This document shows, piece by piece, positions 30,435 to 48,978 of a stretch of DNA of 64,000 nt. Numbering within the stretch: position 1 is the first letter of the stretch; each line of letters opens with the position of its first letter. A model generated the notes under the pieces. It was not told the DNA's origin. It worked only from the letters and a program-made list of their open reading frames with translations, and made no database searches. The position numbers were made by a program, and so were the translations under genes. Source of the stretch: the human T2T-CHM13v2.0 reference genome, Homo sapiens; assembly GCF_009914755.1 (NCBI RefSeq), contig NC_060936.1. One strand, given 5' to 3'.

Positions 30435-30477
30435 CGCGCGCACGTGCACACACACATGCACACACACGCGCGCGCGC

Positions 30478-30509
<32 letters not shown>

Positions 30510-30514
30510 GCGCG
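30435..30514. repeat. Compound (CA)/(CG) alternating purine-pyrimidine microsatellite
   Basis: 80 bp of unbroken YR alternation. Confidence 0.92.
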
Positions 30515-31990
30515 GCGCGCAGAGGACTGCCTTGTCAAGTCTTCCAGGAGATCCGGTCTGGAAACCTCTCTGGGCAGCCGGCTGGGGCTCCTACCTCTGC
30601 CCCACCCCCCACGTTCCTCAGCCCTTGGAGGCTTTTCTGGTCCCAGGCATGAGAACACACTGCCACCCAGTGGTCACTGCTTGTCACACCCCAACGGAGG
30701 TCACTGGGCCGGCTGCGGCAGGCCTGAGGAGTTGAGCAGTGCAGTGGACAAGGCAGGGCACAGACTGCTGTGAATGCAGGCACCGCCTTTGTATTATGCA
30801 CGTTCTATGTGCAGCATATGAGTATGTGCCCGGTGACTGTCACATGTCCTATGCACCCTTCAGGAGAGGGACTGAACAATGCATGTCTCAGGAGATACAG
30901 CCCTGGCTGGCCCTCTCAAGGGTGTAATCTATGTCTGACAAAGGGGAAGGCTGTGAACAAAGGCCTGTGCGTAGAGCAAAACAGCCAGCTGCAGCTGTGG
31001 GAGTCGGGAGCCCCGGCTTCTCATTCCAGCTTTGCTGATGTAACTGTAGTCAATCTCCCTGAGCCTCAGTTTCCTCACCTATTAAATGGGATAATGATAA
31101 TAACCCACCAAAATGGGTTGTTGTGAATATTGGATAATAAAGGGCTTTGGAAACTGTGAAGTGCTCTGTGTGTGTGGAGTACTTGTCTGATTATCCATTA
31201 GTGAAGGAGAAAGCAGGCCTGCTCTGGTCATGCTAAGAATGATATTGAAGAACCCAAGTCGGCCTGCGCCCTGCTCTGTCTGTCTGTCTTGGAGCATTCA
31301 CCTGGGCCATGTCAATGGTCCTCTCAGCAGAGCAAACACGGCCTCAGCACATGGCATCCTCCAGTCTGGCATGGGACAGAGACCTCTGCCTGCAAATAGG
31401 TGTGGGGCCCTGGACTTTGGCCACAGATGACTCTGTCAGGGGACTTTAACCCCATACAGGAGAACAAAATATTGAAAGCGAGTGGGTGAGTGGGAGTGAA
31501 ACTGCTGGAGCAGGAGGGGCATGGTGGCATGTGTGAGTGGCATCCCACTGGGTCTGTGTGCCGTGTGCAAAAAGACACAAAAAGACAGACCTGAGGACAT
31601 GTCCCTGCAGAGACACAATAGTCACTCATTAGAGACAGACGATGAAGAAGGTGACACCTTTGTTCTGTGCAGAGCCTTAGGTAGAGGGGGGACCCTCTGA
31701 AGCCTGAACAATGAACCATTTACAGCAATCTGAGGTTCTGAGCCTCAGGATGGTGATGACTCTTGCCTTGTCACTGGCAGAGAAACACTGGCACAGGAAG
31801 GAGGAAGCTCTGGCCCTGCCAGAGATGATCACACTGCAAAAGGAAGTCTTGAAGTCCTTTTAGAAGCTTCCAGGCCAGGTGTCATGGCTTATGCCTGTAA
31901 TCTCAGCACTTTGGGAGGCGGAGGCAGAAGGATTGCTTGAGCCCAGGAGTTCGAGACCAGCCTGGGCAGTATAGTGAGACCTCATCTCTA

Positions 31991-32209
<219 letters not shown>

Positions 32210-32817
32210 TCAGAGACTCCTCAGCTCCAGCCCAGGACCCTGCTCCCCACAGCCTTAGTGGAAGCCCTGATATTTTAATAGGGCAGGGGTTTCCTGGAAA
32301 GTTCTGTGGGTGGCATTTTTCCTTTTTACTAGCTAACATCCTATGCCCTTTGGGCTTATGAGAGTAGTCATCGAAGATTCACTGAGGCCTATGCGGGGAC
32401 TTCCCCATGCTCTTTCATAAAGGGGACAGGGAGGGGACAGAGGCAGAACGAAGGGCCTCCTTTTTCCTTTACCCCTTAGAGAAGAGCAAAGGGCAGAAGG
32501 AAGAAAGGGCATATGGGCTGCATTCCGTGAGTGCTTCTCTGTGGGGTCTCTCCTCAGGGTGACATTCTGCTCCCACTCCTCTTCCCACAGCCCCCCACTC
32601 TCCGTCTGGCAGGATAATCTCCAGCCCTTTTCCTGTCCTCCAAAGGCCCCTAGGGAGCTTGGTTAATTCATTTGGCTTCTCCAGGTTGATCTGTAAACCA
32701 GTGTTCCAGGCTGCGGTCCTGGAGGGGAAGGAGCATCAGGAGGCCACGAGCTCAGGGAGCTTCAGTGGGTGGGTGGGTGGGAATCATCTCAGCTCCTTGT
32801 TAAGAAGGAAGGGGGGT

Positions 32818-34100
<1,283 letters not shown>

Positions 34101-34449
34101 GAGGGAGACAGGAGTCACTGGGGGCCATCTTGCAGCCTGGCTGTCAGAGTGGGGAGCAGTGCCTGAAACAGAGATAGGCCAAGAGACGGGAAGGGACGTC
34201 TCTGAGCATCTCCATCCCCAGCCCTCTTCTCTTGTCCACTCTCCAGAAGTTCTGGAAGCCAAGTGAGGTCCAGGGCCTTGGCAAGTCGAGTGTGTGAGGT
34301 AGGAGGCCATACTGTGCACATTCAGCCTTGGAGTCGGGTTTGCCAGCGGTTCCCCTACCCCTGACGTGGTCTTCTCAGCTCCATAGTGCAGAGGAGGAGC
34401 CTCTGCAGGCCCAGAAATTTCCCTGCCCACCTCCCCTACCAGGTAGAGA

Positions 34450-34780
34450 TGTTAGGGTTCAGGCCTGAGCCCCTGCTGCTATCCCTCCTTCAAAGGAGGA
34501 GATCAAGGAGCTTAGGGTCCCCCGCACAGGCCCACCCCAGGGTGGGGTTCTTCCTTTGAAGGGAATTGCTTTGGGGTGGGGTCGGTTCTATCTGCTCCAC
34601 TCTGTGGCTGACAGTTTCTCCAAGGGGCTGCAGGTGTCAGCTGTCTGAGCCCGGGCTGAGCTCTGAAACGTGCCTACTCAAACTTCCCGTGGGGTAGGGG
34701 AGGCCCAGAACCACCCTCTGAGAGTGGCAAAAAGTGGTCCTGGAGCCAGGGGAAATGTGGATGGGGTAGAGATGGCATCG
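34450..34780. promoter_or_regulatory. CD4: CD4 proximal enhancer (E4p orthologue), about 6.5 kb upstream of exon 1
   Basis: Paired E-boxes CAGGTG (34631-36) and CAGCTG (34638-43); TCF/LEF sites TTCAAAG (34489-95) and CTTTGAA (34554-60); core resembles the mouse E4p as I recall it. Confidence 0.8.
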
Positions 34781-35421
34781 ATGCTCCTAGACTTTGCTTC
34801 CCAGAGAACAGCCCCAAAGACCCCTCCCCTGCTCCCCATCCTCAAACCCTGCCCCCAGCCCCCTTTGCAGAGGGCGTCAGTGCTGCCAAAGATACTTCTG
34901 GTAAGGAGGCCACCGCAGAGTTGCACCTGGGGCTTTCAACTTTCCTGCAACCCTGGCTGCCCTAGGCCTCTCAGATCATCCAGTCTCCAGCACTCTGTCT
35001 GTAGCCTCTGACACCGGCTTCTCTCTCTTCCCCATCACTCCTTCCCCTGGCTTGGCCTCCTCCCGTTCTACAGCCTAGAGAGGCAGGATACATGCAGCAA
35101 AAATAGCCTCTGGAACTCCCCCTGTTCCATGCTTTCAGACATGTGATGGGGGCAGACAGCTTGACTTCCATTTCTTCTTCTGTAAAGTAAGGATAGTAAC
35201 AGCAACACCTACCAAAAAGGTCTGGCACGTACAAATGAATGTGAAAGTGCTTGGAAAATGGAAAACCACTCTAGAGATGTGAGGACCATGGCACTGCTGA
35301 GCCTCAGAAGCTCCAGGTGAGGCAGTGGGCCTCATACCTCCCTCCACTGCTAAGGGAGAAGACTTCTCTTAGCTGTCATCCTGGCCTTTCTTCTTCTTTT
35401 TTTATTTTTTATTTTTTTTTT

Positions 35422-35729
35422 AGAGGTGGGTTCTCGTTATGTTGCCCAGGCTGGTGCGCAGTGGCTATTTACAGGCCCGATCCCACTGCTGATTAGCATG
35501 GGTAGCATGGAAATTGTGACCCATTGTGTGTCCGGCCTGGGCTGGCTCACCCCTCCTCAGGCAATCTGGTGGTTCCCCACTCCCGGGAGGTCACCACGCT
35601 GAAGCTGAACTCAGTGCAGACACCTGATCTGCATAGTGCACTACAGCCCAGAACTCCTGGGCTCAAGGCATCCTCTTGCTTCAGCCTCCTGAGTAGCTGA
35701 GACTACAGGCACTCGGCACCACGCCCCGC
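35422..35729 (-). pseudogene. 7SL (SRP RNA) processed pseudogene, full length including the S domain; A-rich tail at about 35389-35421
   Basis: Reverse complement follows 7SL through the S domain that Alus lack (GGTGACCTCCCGGGAG...CCACCAGATTGCCTGAGGAGGGGTGA). Confidence 0.9.
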
Positions 35730-35874
35730 CTGGACCTTCTTTTTTTGGTTTGTTTGTTTTTGTTTTTGTTTTTGTATTTTTAGTAGAGATGGGGTTTCAC
35801 CGTGTTAGCCGGGATGGTCTGGATCTCCTGACATCACAATCCGCCCGCCTCGGCCTCCCAAAGTGCTGGGATTA

Positions 35875-36338
<464 letters not shown>

Positions 36339-36998
36339 TCAAGCCTCAGTTTCCTCATCTGTATGGCCTGGACAATAATACCTATGTCTTATCACTCTCA
36401 TGAGGATTAAATAAAAGATACAACCACATAAAGCACACAACAATGCCAAATGTTTACTATAAACTCACCCTCTCTCTTCCTTTTTTCTTTTCCTGTTTGG
36501 AAACCCCAGAGAGAGAGCCAGGTTCTCAGGACCGTTGACTTCCAGGCCACAGACTCACAGAGCTGCAAGTTCTCACACCGTCCATCGGGTCTGGAATCTG
36601 CAAACCGGTGGGCCCAAAGCTAGAGCCAGCCCTTGGAATGCTCTGTTTGCTCTACCCAGTGTCACGACAAGTTGAAAAAATTTGTTACCAATATTAAAAT
36701 CAGGAGGTATTACATAAATGTCTGGTTTTCACCTTCTCTAGAAATTTTGGCAGAGCAGGCAACTCTAGGCTCACATGCCAGTATAGCCTCTACGGTCAAC
36801 TCAGACAGCTATGCAGGGAATGGCTGCCCTTAACTAGCTGAGGCAAGTACTCTCTGGTTTCCCCCAGTCCCTACCCTTCCCTTTTGGTCACCACCAGTGT
36901 ACCTTTCTCATTTGCACTACCTAGGGGGCTCCTGTAAGCATTTACATTTGTAGCCCTGCTCTCCTGCTCTTGTCCATACTTCTCTATTTATCCATTCA

Positions 36999-37325
<327 letters not shown>

Positions 37326-37546
37326 TTATTCAATAGCCAGGAGTTGCAGGGAGTTAGAATGAGGAGTCAGTATTTAATGGGTACAGAGTTTCATTTGGGG
37401 AAGATGAAAAATTTCTAGATGGTTACACAACCATGTGAGTGTACTCAGTCCCACAGAGCAGTACATTAAAAAATGCCTAAAATGGCCGGGTGTGGTGACT
37501 CACACCTGTAATCCCAACACTTTGGGAGGCCAAGGTGAGCAGATCA

Positions 37547-37819
<273 letters not shown>

Positions 37820-38908
37820 TTACCGCAATAAATTTAATATCAATAAAATTTAATATATTAGGAAAATATTAAACAAGCATTAAGGGTCTTCCAGGGCCAA
37901 GGCATCTGTGAGGGTGCTGGGAACATAGTGCTAACTAAGACAGACACGGTCACCGCTCTGGCCTCTGAGCTAGACACTAAGCAGCAAATAACTTCATTGC
38001 AACTGGAAAATTGCTACGAAGGGAGAAGCACAGGGGACTGGGAGATCTTATCACAAGGAAAACTGATTTCAACTGAGGAACCTGAGTATCCTCTGAGACT
38101 CTGGGGAGGAAGTCCTGTGCAGGAGAATGGTAGAGCAACAAAATATAAACAGCCCCAATCTTGGCCCTGGAGGACGGCGTGCTGCTCCCTCTCCTCTGCA
38201 CCACCCACCTCCACACTTCCTACATGTGAAAAATAACTTCAATCTTGTTGAAGCCTCTATTATTTTGGGTTTTCTTTTGCTTGTAGCAGAACCCAGTGCT
38301 TACCGATAGACAATTCTCCCAGTTGAAAGAAGGTTCTTTTGTGATAAGATCTCCCAGCACCTTGTGCTTTTTCCTTTGTAGCGCTTGTCGAATTGTAATG
38401 AAGTTGTTCGTTGTTTAGTGTCTATGTCATAAGCTGGAGTGGTGACCATATCTGTCTTATTCAACATCACATCCCCAGCTACCTAGCAGAGTGCCTTGGG
38501 CTGGTACACGCTTAACTACGTACATGAATGAATGGAGCAGGGCTCAAAACATCAATGCCTACCAGAGCCTGCCAGGTAATGTAAATGAGAAAAGCAGGCT
38601 GGCTGTGAACAATAGGGAGGGTGTTTGCTTTCTAGTCTGAAGGAAGAAGGCCTGAGGAGGATACATTTTCCCCACTTTGAGGAGCAACTCTGAGGTTGCA
38701 CCTAATACTTTCACTTCTATCTATTAACCAAAATTGAGTCACTTGGACACATCCAGCTGTGAGGGAGGCTGGGAAGTATATTTTAAATCTGGGTAGCTAA
38801 GAGCTCAGCTAAAAATTGAGGGTTCTATTACCAAGAAGGAGAAAATAGACTTTGGGGACAGCTAAAGCGATAGCTGAGATCTGAAGAATGAATAAAAATT
38901 ACCTAGAT

Positions 38909-39925
<1,017 letters not shown>

Positions 39926-39963
39926 TTTTCTTTTCTTTTCTTTTCTTTTCTTTTCTTCTTTTC
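39926..39963 (+). repeat. CD4 pentanucleotide STR (TTTTC)6-TTC-TTTTC, forming the tail of an antisense Alu monomer (to about 40110)
   Basis: Repeat counted directly; flanks match the classical HumCD4 STR primer sites as I recall them (TTGGAGTCGCAAGCTGAACTAGC / GGTTCTCACTCTGTCACTCAGGC). Confidence 0.9.
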
Positions 39964-40859
39964 AAGACAGGTTCTCACTCTGTCACTCAGGCTAGAGTGC
40001 AGTGGTGCAATCACGGTTCACTGCAGCCTCAACTTCCTGGGCTCAAGCGATCCTCCCACCTCGGCCTCCTAAAATGCTGGGATTATAGGCATGAGCCACC
40101 ACTCCCAGCCCCACTTTTTTCAGACTGGAAAACGCACACTCACATGTGCATCTTTAAATGATCACTTGGGCTGTGGTATGGAGAATGGCGACCAGTGAGG
40201 AGGCAGGAGCTGTTGTCCGAGCAAGGGATGATATTGGCATCTTGGATTGGCATGGTGGCAGTAGTGGTAGTGCAGAGTGACTTGGGTAGATTTTGGAGCC
40301 ATTTAGAAGGTAACATCCACAGGAACTGGTAAATAAATACGTGGGAGAAGTTGGGTGAAGGGGGTGTCAAAGATTACACCCAATTTATTTTGCTTGGGCA
40401 AGTTGGTGGATGGTGAGCCCCTCACTGAGTGAGAAGCCTGGAGAAGCAGGTTTGGAGGGTGGTAGTATGCAGGTGGTATGCATAGTTGGGGATGTGTGTT
40501 GAGTTTGCTATGTCCGGTGAGCTTCCCAGTGGAGATGTCCAATGGGCAGACGGATACTCACATAGAGAGTTCATGGTAGATTCGGGCTAGAGGAAAGCAC
40601 CTGAGGCCTGGCCAGAGACGCCTAGAGGAACAGAGCCTGGTTAACAGTCACTCCTGGTGTCTCAGATATTCTCTGCTCAGCCCACGCCCTCTCTTCCACA
40701 CTGGGCCACCTATAAAGCCTCCACAGATACCCCTGGGGCACCCACTGGACACATGCCCTCAGGGCCCCAGAGCAAGGAGCTGTTTGTGGGCTTACCACTG
40801 CTGTTCCCATATGCCCCCAACTGCCTCCCACTTCTTTCCCCACAGCCTGGTCAGACATG

Positions 40860-41095
40860 GCACTACCACTAATGGAATCTTTCTTGCCATCTTTTTCTTG
40901 CCGCTTAACAGTGGCAGTGACACTTTGACTCCTGATTTAAGCCTGATTCTGCTTAACTTTTTCCCTTGACTTTGGCATTTTCACTTTGACATGTTCCCTG
41001 AGAGCCTGGGGGGTGGGGAACCCAGCTCCAGCTGGTGACGTTTGGGGCCGGCCCAGGCCTAGGGTGTGGAGGAGCCTTGCCATCGGGCTTCCTGT
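40860..41095 (+). promoter_or_regulatory. CD4: CD4 TATA-less promoter with ETS site CTTCCTGT (41088-95) and E-box CAGCTG
   Basis: Lies immediately upstream of the recognised exon 1. Confidence 0.7.
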
Positions 41096-41230
41096 CTCTC
41101 TTCATTTAAGCACGACTCTGCAGAAGGAACAAAGCACCCTCCCCACTGGGCTCCTGGTTGCAGAGCTCCAAGTCCTCACACAGATACGCCTGTTTGAGAA
41201 GCAGCGGGCAAGAAAGACGCAAGCCCAGAG
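41096..41230 (+). other. CD4: CD4 non-coding exon 1 (start approximate)
   Basis: Recognised CD4 5' UTR ending in the strong donor GAG|gtaagg. Confidence 0.88.
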
Positions 41231-42757
41231 GTAAGGTGGTCAGACTCGGCTTCCTTCCCCGGAGCTGAGAGGGAGGGGAACGTGGGGCAGATGCACAGGA
41301 ATGTGCTCTGCCCAGTTGTCTGCCCACAGCTCTGGCCACCTTCTCTTGCATTTCTCTTGGAACTGGTCATGAGCAGCGATTTCCCACTGGAACTGTGAGC
41401 TTCCAGAGGTCAGAGACTGTGCTAGACTCCTCTCTGCAGCCCCAGCGTGCACAGCTCAGTGTCCAGAGCAATGGGTGCTCCTTAGAGGAGTAGTGACCTA
41501 AATAGCAAGATCAGAGAGGGAGTGAAGACTGGAGACTATCCCAGGCTGGGAAAGGCGTGGAAGGCAACTAGTCGTGGGCAGTGGAGGGGAGAAGACTGGA
41601 AGAGGGGAAAAGAGGAGAAAAAGAGTGAAGAAGGGGAGGGAAAAAATTAGAAAGAATAAATAAATATAAGGTGGGAGGAAACCTATAAAAAAGAAATGAT
41701 GAGGAAAAACGATAAAAACAAGAAAAAGAGCAAAAGAAGTGGAATCTAGTCTAGAGAAAATTCTTGCAAAACCAATTTTCCTAACGGGACAATCTCCAAA
41801 AATTGACACCAAATATCATACTTGCAGCATTTCATAAGTCGCATGATCTATGTAATAGTCTCTTTTAACTACCTTTTGTGTTTCTGTGTGTATTTTTAAA
41901 TTTTTGTCTACTTCTTTGCTCTTTTAAGACTTTTGAACAATGTCTAAAGGCACTTCTACTCTAGTTAGCTTTAAAATGATTCATGAAATAGGAAAGCTAA
42001 AATTCTCAGAAAGTGTTGAAACTGAGCTTTTGCGTATGAATTGCCCTAAAAGTTGCAGATACATATCTTTAGATAAATATGTCATTTAAGAAACGGATTC
42101 GAAAAGAATTGGTGGTAGGGGTCTCATGAGGCCGGGAGAGTTACAGAAGGATGTGCAGCCCCTCCTGGGCCTGGCAGGGTGTGAGGGAGAGTGAGGACTC
42201 ACTGTCCCTCCTGAAGGGAAGCCCTGTGCCATCTCAGCCTTTCCGCCCTCAGACCTTTCCAGCCCCTGAGACCTCATGGCCTTGAAGCCGTGCTATCCCC
42301 AGTGTCCTCTGCTTTCCCCTCATAGGCTTCTTCTGGGAGAGAGGTTTCCTGGGGTACGTTCTGATCCCTCAAAACGGAAAGGCCCTGTTCTCAATAATTC
42401 AAAGATTTCACTCTGAGTGGGATAGTGCTTCCTGAATGCCCTGCTCTTGTGGTGGACATTTTTATCGGGGCAAGGCTAAGAGCAGGGCCTGATGGGGGAA
42501 GTCACTGCTACTTCACATTTTGACCAATAATTCCTTGTGCTGTATCAGATGCTGTAGGCTGATACAAAATGGCCGCCGCCCTCAAAGTCAGATGAAAGAG
42601 CCCCTGAGGACAGCGTTAGAGACACTCGGGAGATGATTTCCCTCTTTCAATGTGGGAGCACTTACATAGGAGAGGTCTATATCTAGATAAAAACTCCTCC
42701 CACCACTGGTGCTAGACAGAGCTTGGGGGCAGCCCTAGGCTCTGACCCTGGCCGTAA

Positions 42758-42934
<177 letters not shown>

Positions 42935-43085
42935 TGAGTAGCTGGGATTACAGGAGCCCAACACCAGGCCCGGCTACTTTTTGTATTTTTAGTAGAGACC
43001 AGGTTTCACTATGTTGGACAGGCTGGCCTCAAACTCCTGGCCTCAAATGATCCGCCCGCCTTGGCCTCCCAAAGTGCTGGCATTA

Positions 43086-43473
<388 letters not shown>

Positions 43474-43499
43474 TCAGAAGTAGATGGGCAGGGGTCTGG

Positions 43500-43950
43500 G
43501 TTTGCAAGGCTCTGAGTTTGAGCTCTGTTCTGTACCTTTGAGGGGATGAGGGAAGGAGGGTGGGCACGGTTCCCCCGATGTGGGTGTCTGAGGCGAAGAA
43601 GAGGATGGCGGAGGTTGCAGCCACCAACCACAAGAGTTCCTTAGAGGGGTCACAGTCTCTAGGAAGTTTATAGGAAGCTAGTCAGCAGTAGAGAGGGTGA
43701 ACGCGGTGGGGCACATCCCGCGGCTGGGCTTGAGTGGGCTGCTTGGGGGTTATGGGGAGAAGATAAAAGTGCCTGTGGGACCACAGACTCTCGCTGTGGT
43801 GGAGCTGGGCCCTCTTACCCTCCCAAGCCTCGCCCCTCATCCCATCCCTGGGGGCCAGGGGTGAGGGCGGCAGGAACCTCAAGGCTCTGAGAAAGTGCGT
43901 GGTGTGTGTTGCCATTTTGGTCTCTTCTCTTTCTCAGTCTCTCTTTGCCT
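43500..43950. promoter_or_regulatory. CD4: CD4 intron-1 silencer (RUNX-dependent)
   Basis: AACCACA (43626-32), GACCACA (43779-85), TGTGGT (43795-800) and GGGCACATCCC, in a repeat-free stretch about 2.5 kb into intron 1. Confidence 0.75.
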
Positions 43951-45206
43951 CACTTTGGATCTATGCTCTGTGCATCTGTCTTGCTTCTCAGAATTTCTTC
44001 TTTTCCTCTTTTTTTGTACTACCCTGCGCTTTGTGTGTGATTGTGGATTGTGTGTGCATAGCTGTTGCTTTAACAAGCTGCTCCAGGTCTCTCTCTCCCA
44101 CATCTTTCCCTCCCCTCCTCCCTTGAGGCTCTGTGCATTCTGGGGAACTCTGTCCATTTCCCTTTGTCCATGTGTCCCTCCCACCCTGCAGCCGGCTCCC
44201 TCACATCCACCCTGGGCTGCAGGCGTGCTCGGCAGGCTCCCCACAGATCAAAGCTTGTCCAGGGTCTGCATTGCTGCCAAAGGCCAGGAGGACTGTGTAC
44301 AGACCGGAAGGAGCTAGAGCTTAGTGGCAGCCTGAGAGGGGAAGCTGAAAAAGGAGAAGAGGCAAGGGGCATTCCAGGGGAGCCCGGGAGAGCCAGCACG
44401 GCCGCCTGGTATATGAGGCAAAGAGGAAGACAGACACAGACACAGGGAGCTGCAGGCTGGGGGCATAAGCTGGGGGCTGGGAAGCATAGATACAGAAATG
44501 CACAGATGTGAGCTGAGAAGCAAGGAGGGAGAGAGAGAGACAGAAAGAGAGAGAGAGACGTGCCAGGGCTTGAGGGACCAGAGAGCCCTCCCAGCCTCTC
44601 TCGGAGTGCTGGTATACAGGATGCTACCGTACTAGGGTAAGACACCTCTGGGGACGCTGAGTATGGGAATCAAAGGCCAGATCTCTGGGGTGGCAGCGGA
44701 AGCCCAAAGCACCAAAGCAAGCATGCTGGAAACCCACAGCCTCCTCCACTTAGCAGAGCCTTGGGGTGAGATGAGGCAGAACAGGGAGCTGGAGGCAGGG
44801 AGGTGGCTGTCTGCACATACCTCAGGACCATGGAGCTGGGGGAGTCAAAACAGCCACCATATGGGGAAGGGTCAAGAATGCCTCTAGTCTTCCCCAGGCA
44901 TCTTATCAGGGTAAGCTGAATTTGGACCCCAGAGAAGGGATATCGTTTATGGAGACTTCCCCTCTTTCATCCCCTGCTCACCAAGGACCCAGTCAGTCTG
45001 GGATGGGGGACAGTGGGAACCACTCTTTGGTATGAGGCTACTCCTATTCTACTCTTCTCACTGCAGCCTTCCCCTAGATGCCTCCCATCTGCATGCTAAC
45101 CTGTAAACACTTCACCATCACTGGTGGCTAGTCTCCCTTCCTCCTTTTTCAGAAACCTCCTTCCTGACCTCTTTTCTTCCTACTTCCCCGGTTTAAACAA
45201 AATTGT

Positions 45207-46900
<1,694 letters not shown>

Positions 46901-48585
46901 TCTCAAGCACCTACCACGTATTAAGCCCTGGCTACCTCCTCTTCCAGGCAGATGGAGTAACTGGAGGCAGCTAACAAAGATGGAGTCACTTTTCTTATCT
47001 TCTCCTAAACCACCGTAAGAGGACCAAGCCCCCACACCTTCTGAGTGCCCCATTCCTCTCCACAGATTGTGTCTTAGTGCCCAGCAGGAAACACAGTCCA
47101 CCTCCCATGGTTCAAGAGATTGTAGAAAGGGGGTTATTCACATAGGTTAAGGGAATCAATCAATTTGAAGCACAGACACTATTAACAGCAGGAAGAGTCT
47201 TGAAGAAGTGAAAATGGTGTTTCTGGAACCCAGAGAGTGCTTGCACTCTGGATAAGGGGCCACCCCACAGAAGCTGTGGAGGGGCAGGGCTGCAGGTGAG
47301 GATGAACACACAGCTATTGACAGAAAATATGCCCAGGGCAGGGATAGAGTAGGAAAAATATCCCAGCTTCTTTCCCCCACCCTTCCATCTCATCTCTGAA
47401 AGGCACTTCCCACTGGCCAGCCCCGACTGGTGCTGGAGGGCAAGAGAGCCTATGAGCCATGTGTGGCTGTCAGCCCCTTGGTGGAGAGCCACAGACAGGA
47501 TGGAGAGTGGCTGGCAGGGCCCCGTGGGGATGAACAGCTTGGATTGGGGCGACTGGGCTTCATCCAGGCTGGGCTGGATGTGTGCATACACTTCAGTGAC
47601 CCGTTTTAGAAACAGAATTAATATGGTGAATAGAGAAAGAAGAAATCAGTGACTTTCGCTCCTCCATACAATTTAATTTGGCTTAAGTTAGCCAAAGCCA
47701 TACCAAGTCCTCTCTCTATGTCTCAGCTGCTGCCAGGCTTGTGGTGGCCACACAGCTGGCTAGACTGTCATCTCTGTCCTCAAGGGGCTCAAGCTAGAGG
47801 AGGAGAGTTGAGAAACCAAATCACTACACACAAAGTAGAAGGTGGAACACACCCAGGAGCATGTCAACGGGGTGCTGTGGGACTTCAGAGTAGGCAGATC
47901 GTCACCAAGCTTCAACGGCAAAGATGCCACTGGGGGAAAGAAGGACCAAGCTTGGAAGAGAGAGTAAGTCTGGAGGCAAGATCTTGTCTCACCAGCAGGG
48001 GCCAGGTCCATGGTGACCCCTTCCCCAGGCAGTCACCTCTCTGAGCCCACTTTATATCCTAGGCCTGGATTCAAAGACACTTGAGCCCTGCTCCAGCCTT
48101 CCTTTGAGGTGCTATCTTGGTGCCCTTCCTATAATCACTGCTCCAGTCCCATGTCATCTGGTCCCCAGTTACCACATCAAGCTTCCCGAAGCTCCACACA
48201 GACCATGCCACATCTTTACCAAAAAATCAGCAGTGGGTCCCCTCACCTCCAGGACAAAGCTCCAGCTCTTCGACCTGCCTGTCAATATTTGCAATCACTG
48301 CCTGCACAAATTAGCTGGGTGTTGTCATGAAAGGATCACTTGAGCCCAGGAGTTCCAGGCTGCAATGACCTATGATTGAACCACTGCACTCTGGCCTGGG
48401 TGACAGAGTGGATCTAAACTAAAAATAAAAAGATTTACAGTCAAGCCTCAAAGGCTTTTCCCATACCTTCTTCCACCATCACCTCCCTGAGCCCTCTCTT
48501 TCCTCCGAAGCCTCCTCGCACATCCCTACCACCTTTGCACACCTCAGAATGGGGACACCTCTCCCCTTTCCTCTCCATCTAACTT

Positions 48586-48766
48586 ATGGTTTTCAAACTT
48601 GAGCGTGATCAGTTACCTGGAGATTTGTGAAAACCCAGATGACTAGACCCACCCCCAGTTTCTGATTCAGCAGGTCTGGGGTGGGGCCGAGGATCTGCAT
48701 TTCTAACAAGTTCCCAGGTCATGTTGCCGCTGCTACTGATCCAGGACTTTGGGAATCGCTCCTCTA
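48586..48766. mobile_element. MER5A hAT DNA transposon fossil
   Basis: tttctgattcagcaggtctggggtggggccgaggatctgcatttctaacaagttcccagg. Confidence 0.8.
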
Positions 48767-48978
48767 ATCTACAGCTGTCCATTCCCCATGGTCCATTCAG
48801 AGCCTCTCTGCCCTGCCCCCACCACCCCCAGTCTCGCCTGTCTGCCAAGCGCACAGGAAACTCTCCTTCATCCAAACCCTGGACCAACGCCTTCTGCTTG
48901 GCCCACTCAGAGGCCTTGTAGGGTTGGTCTGATATTGGACAGAGAAATGGCCCTCTGCTCTTTCTCCCCTGACCTCTC

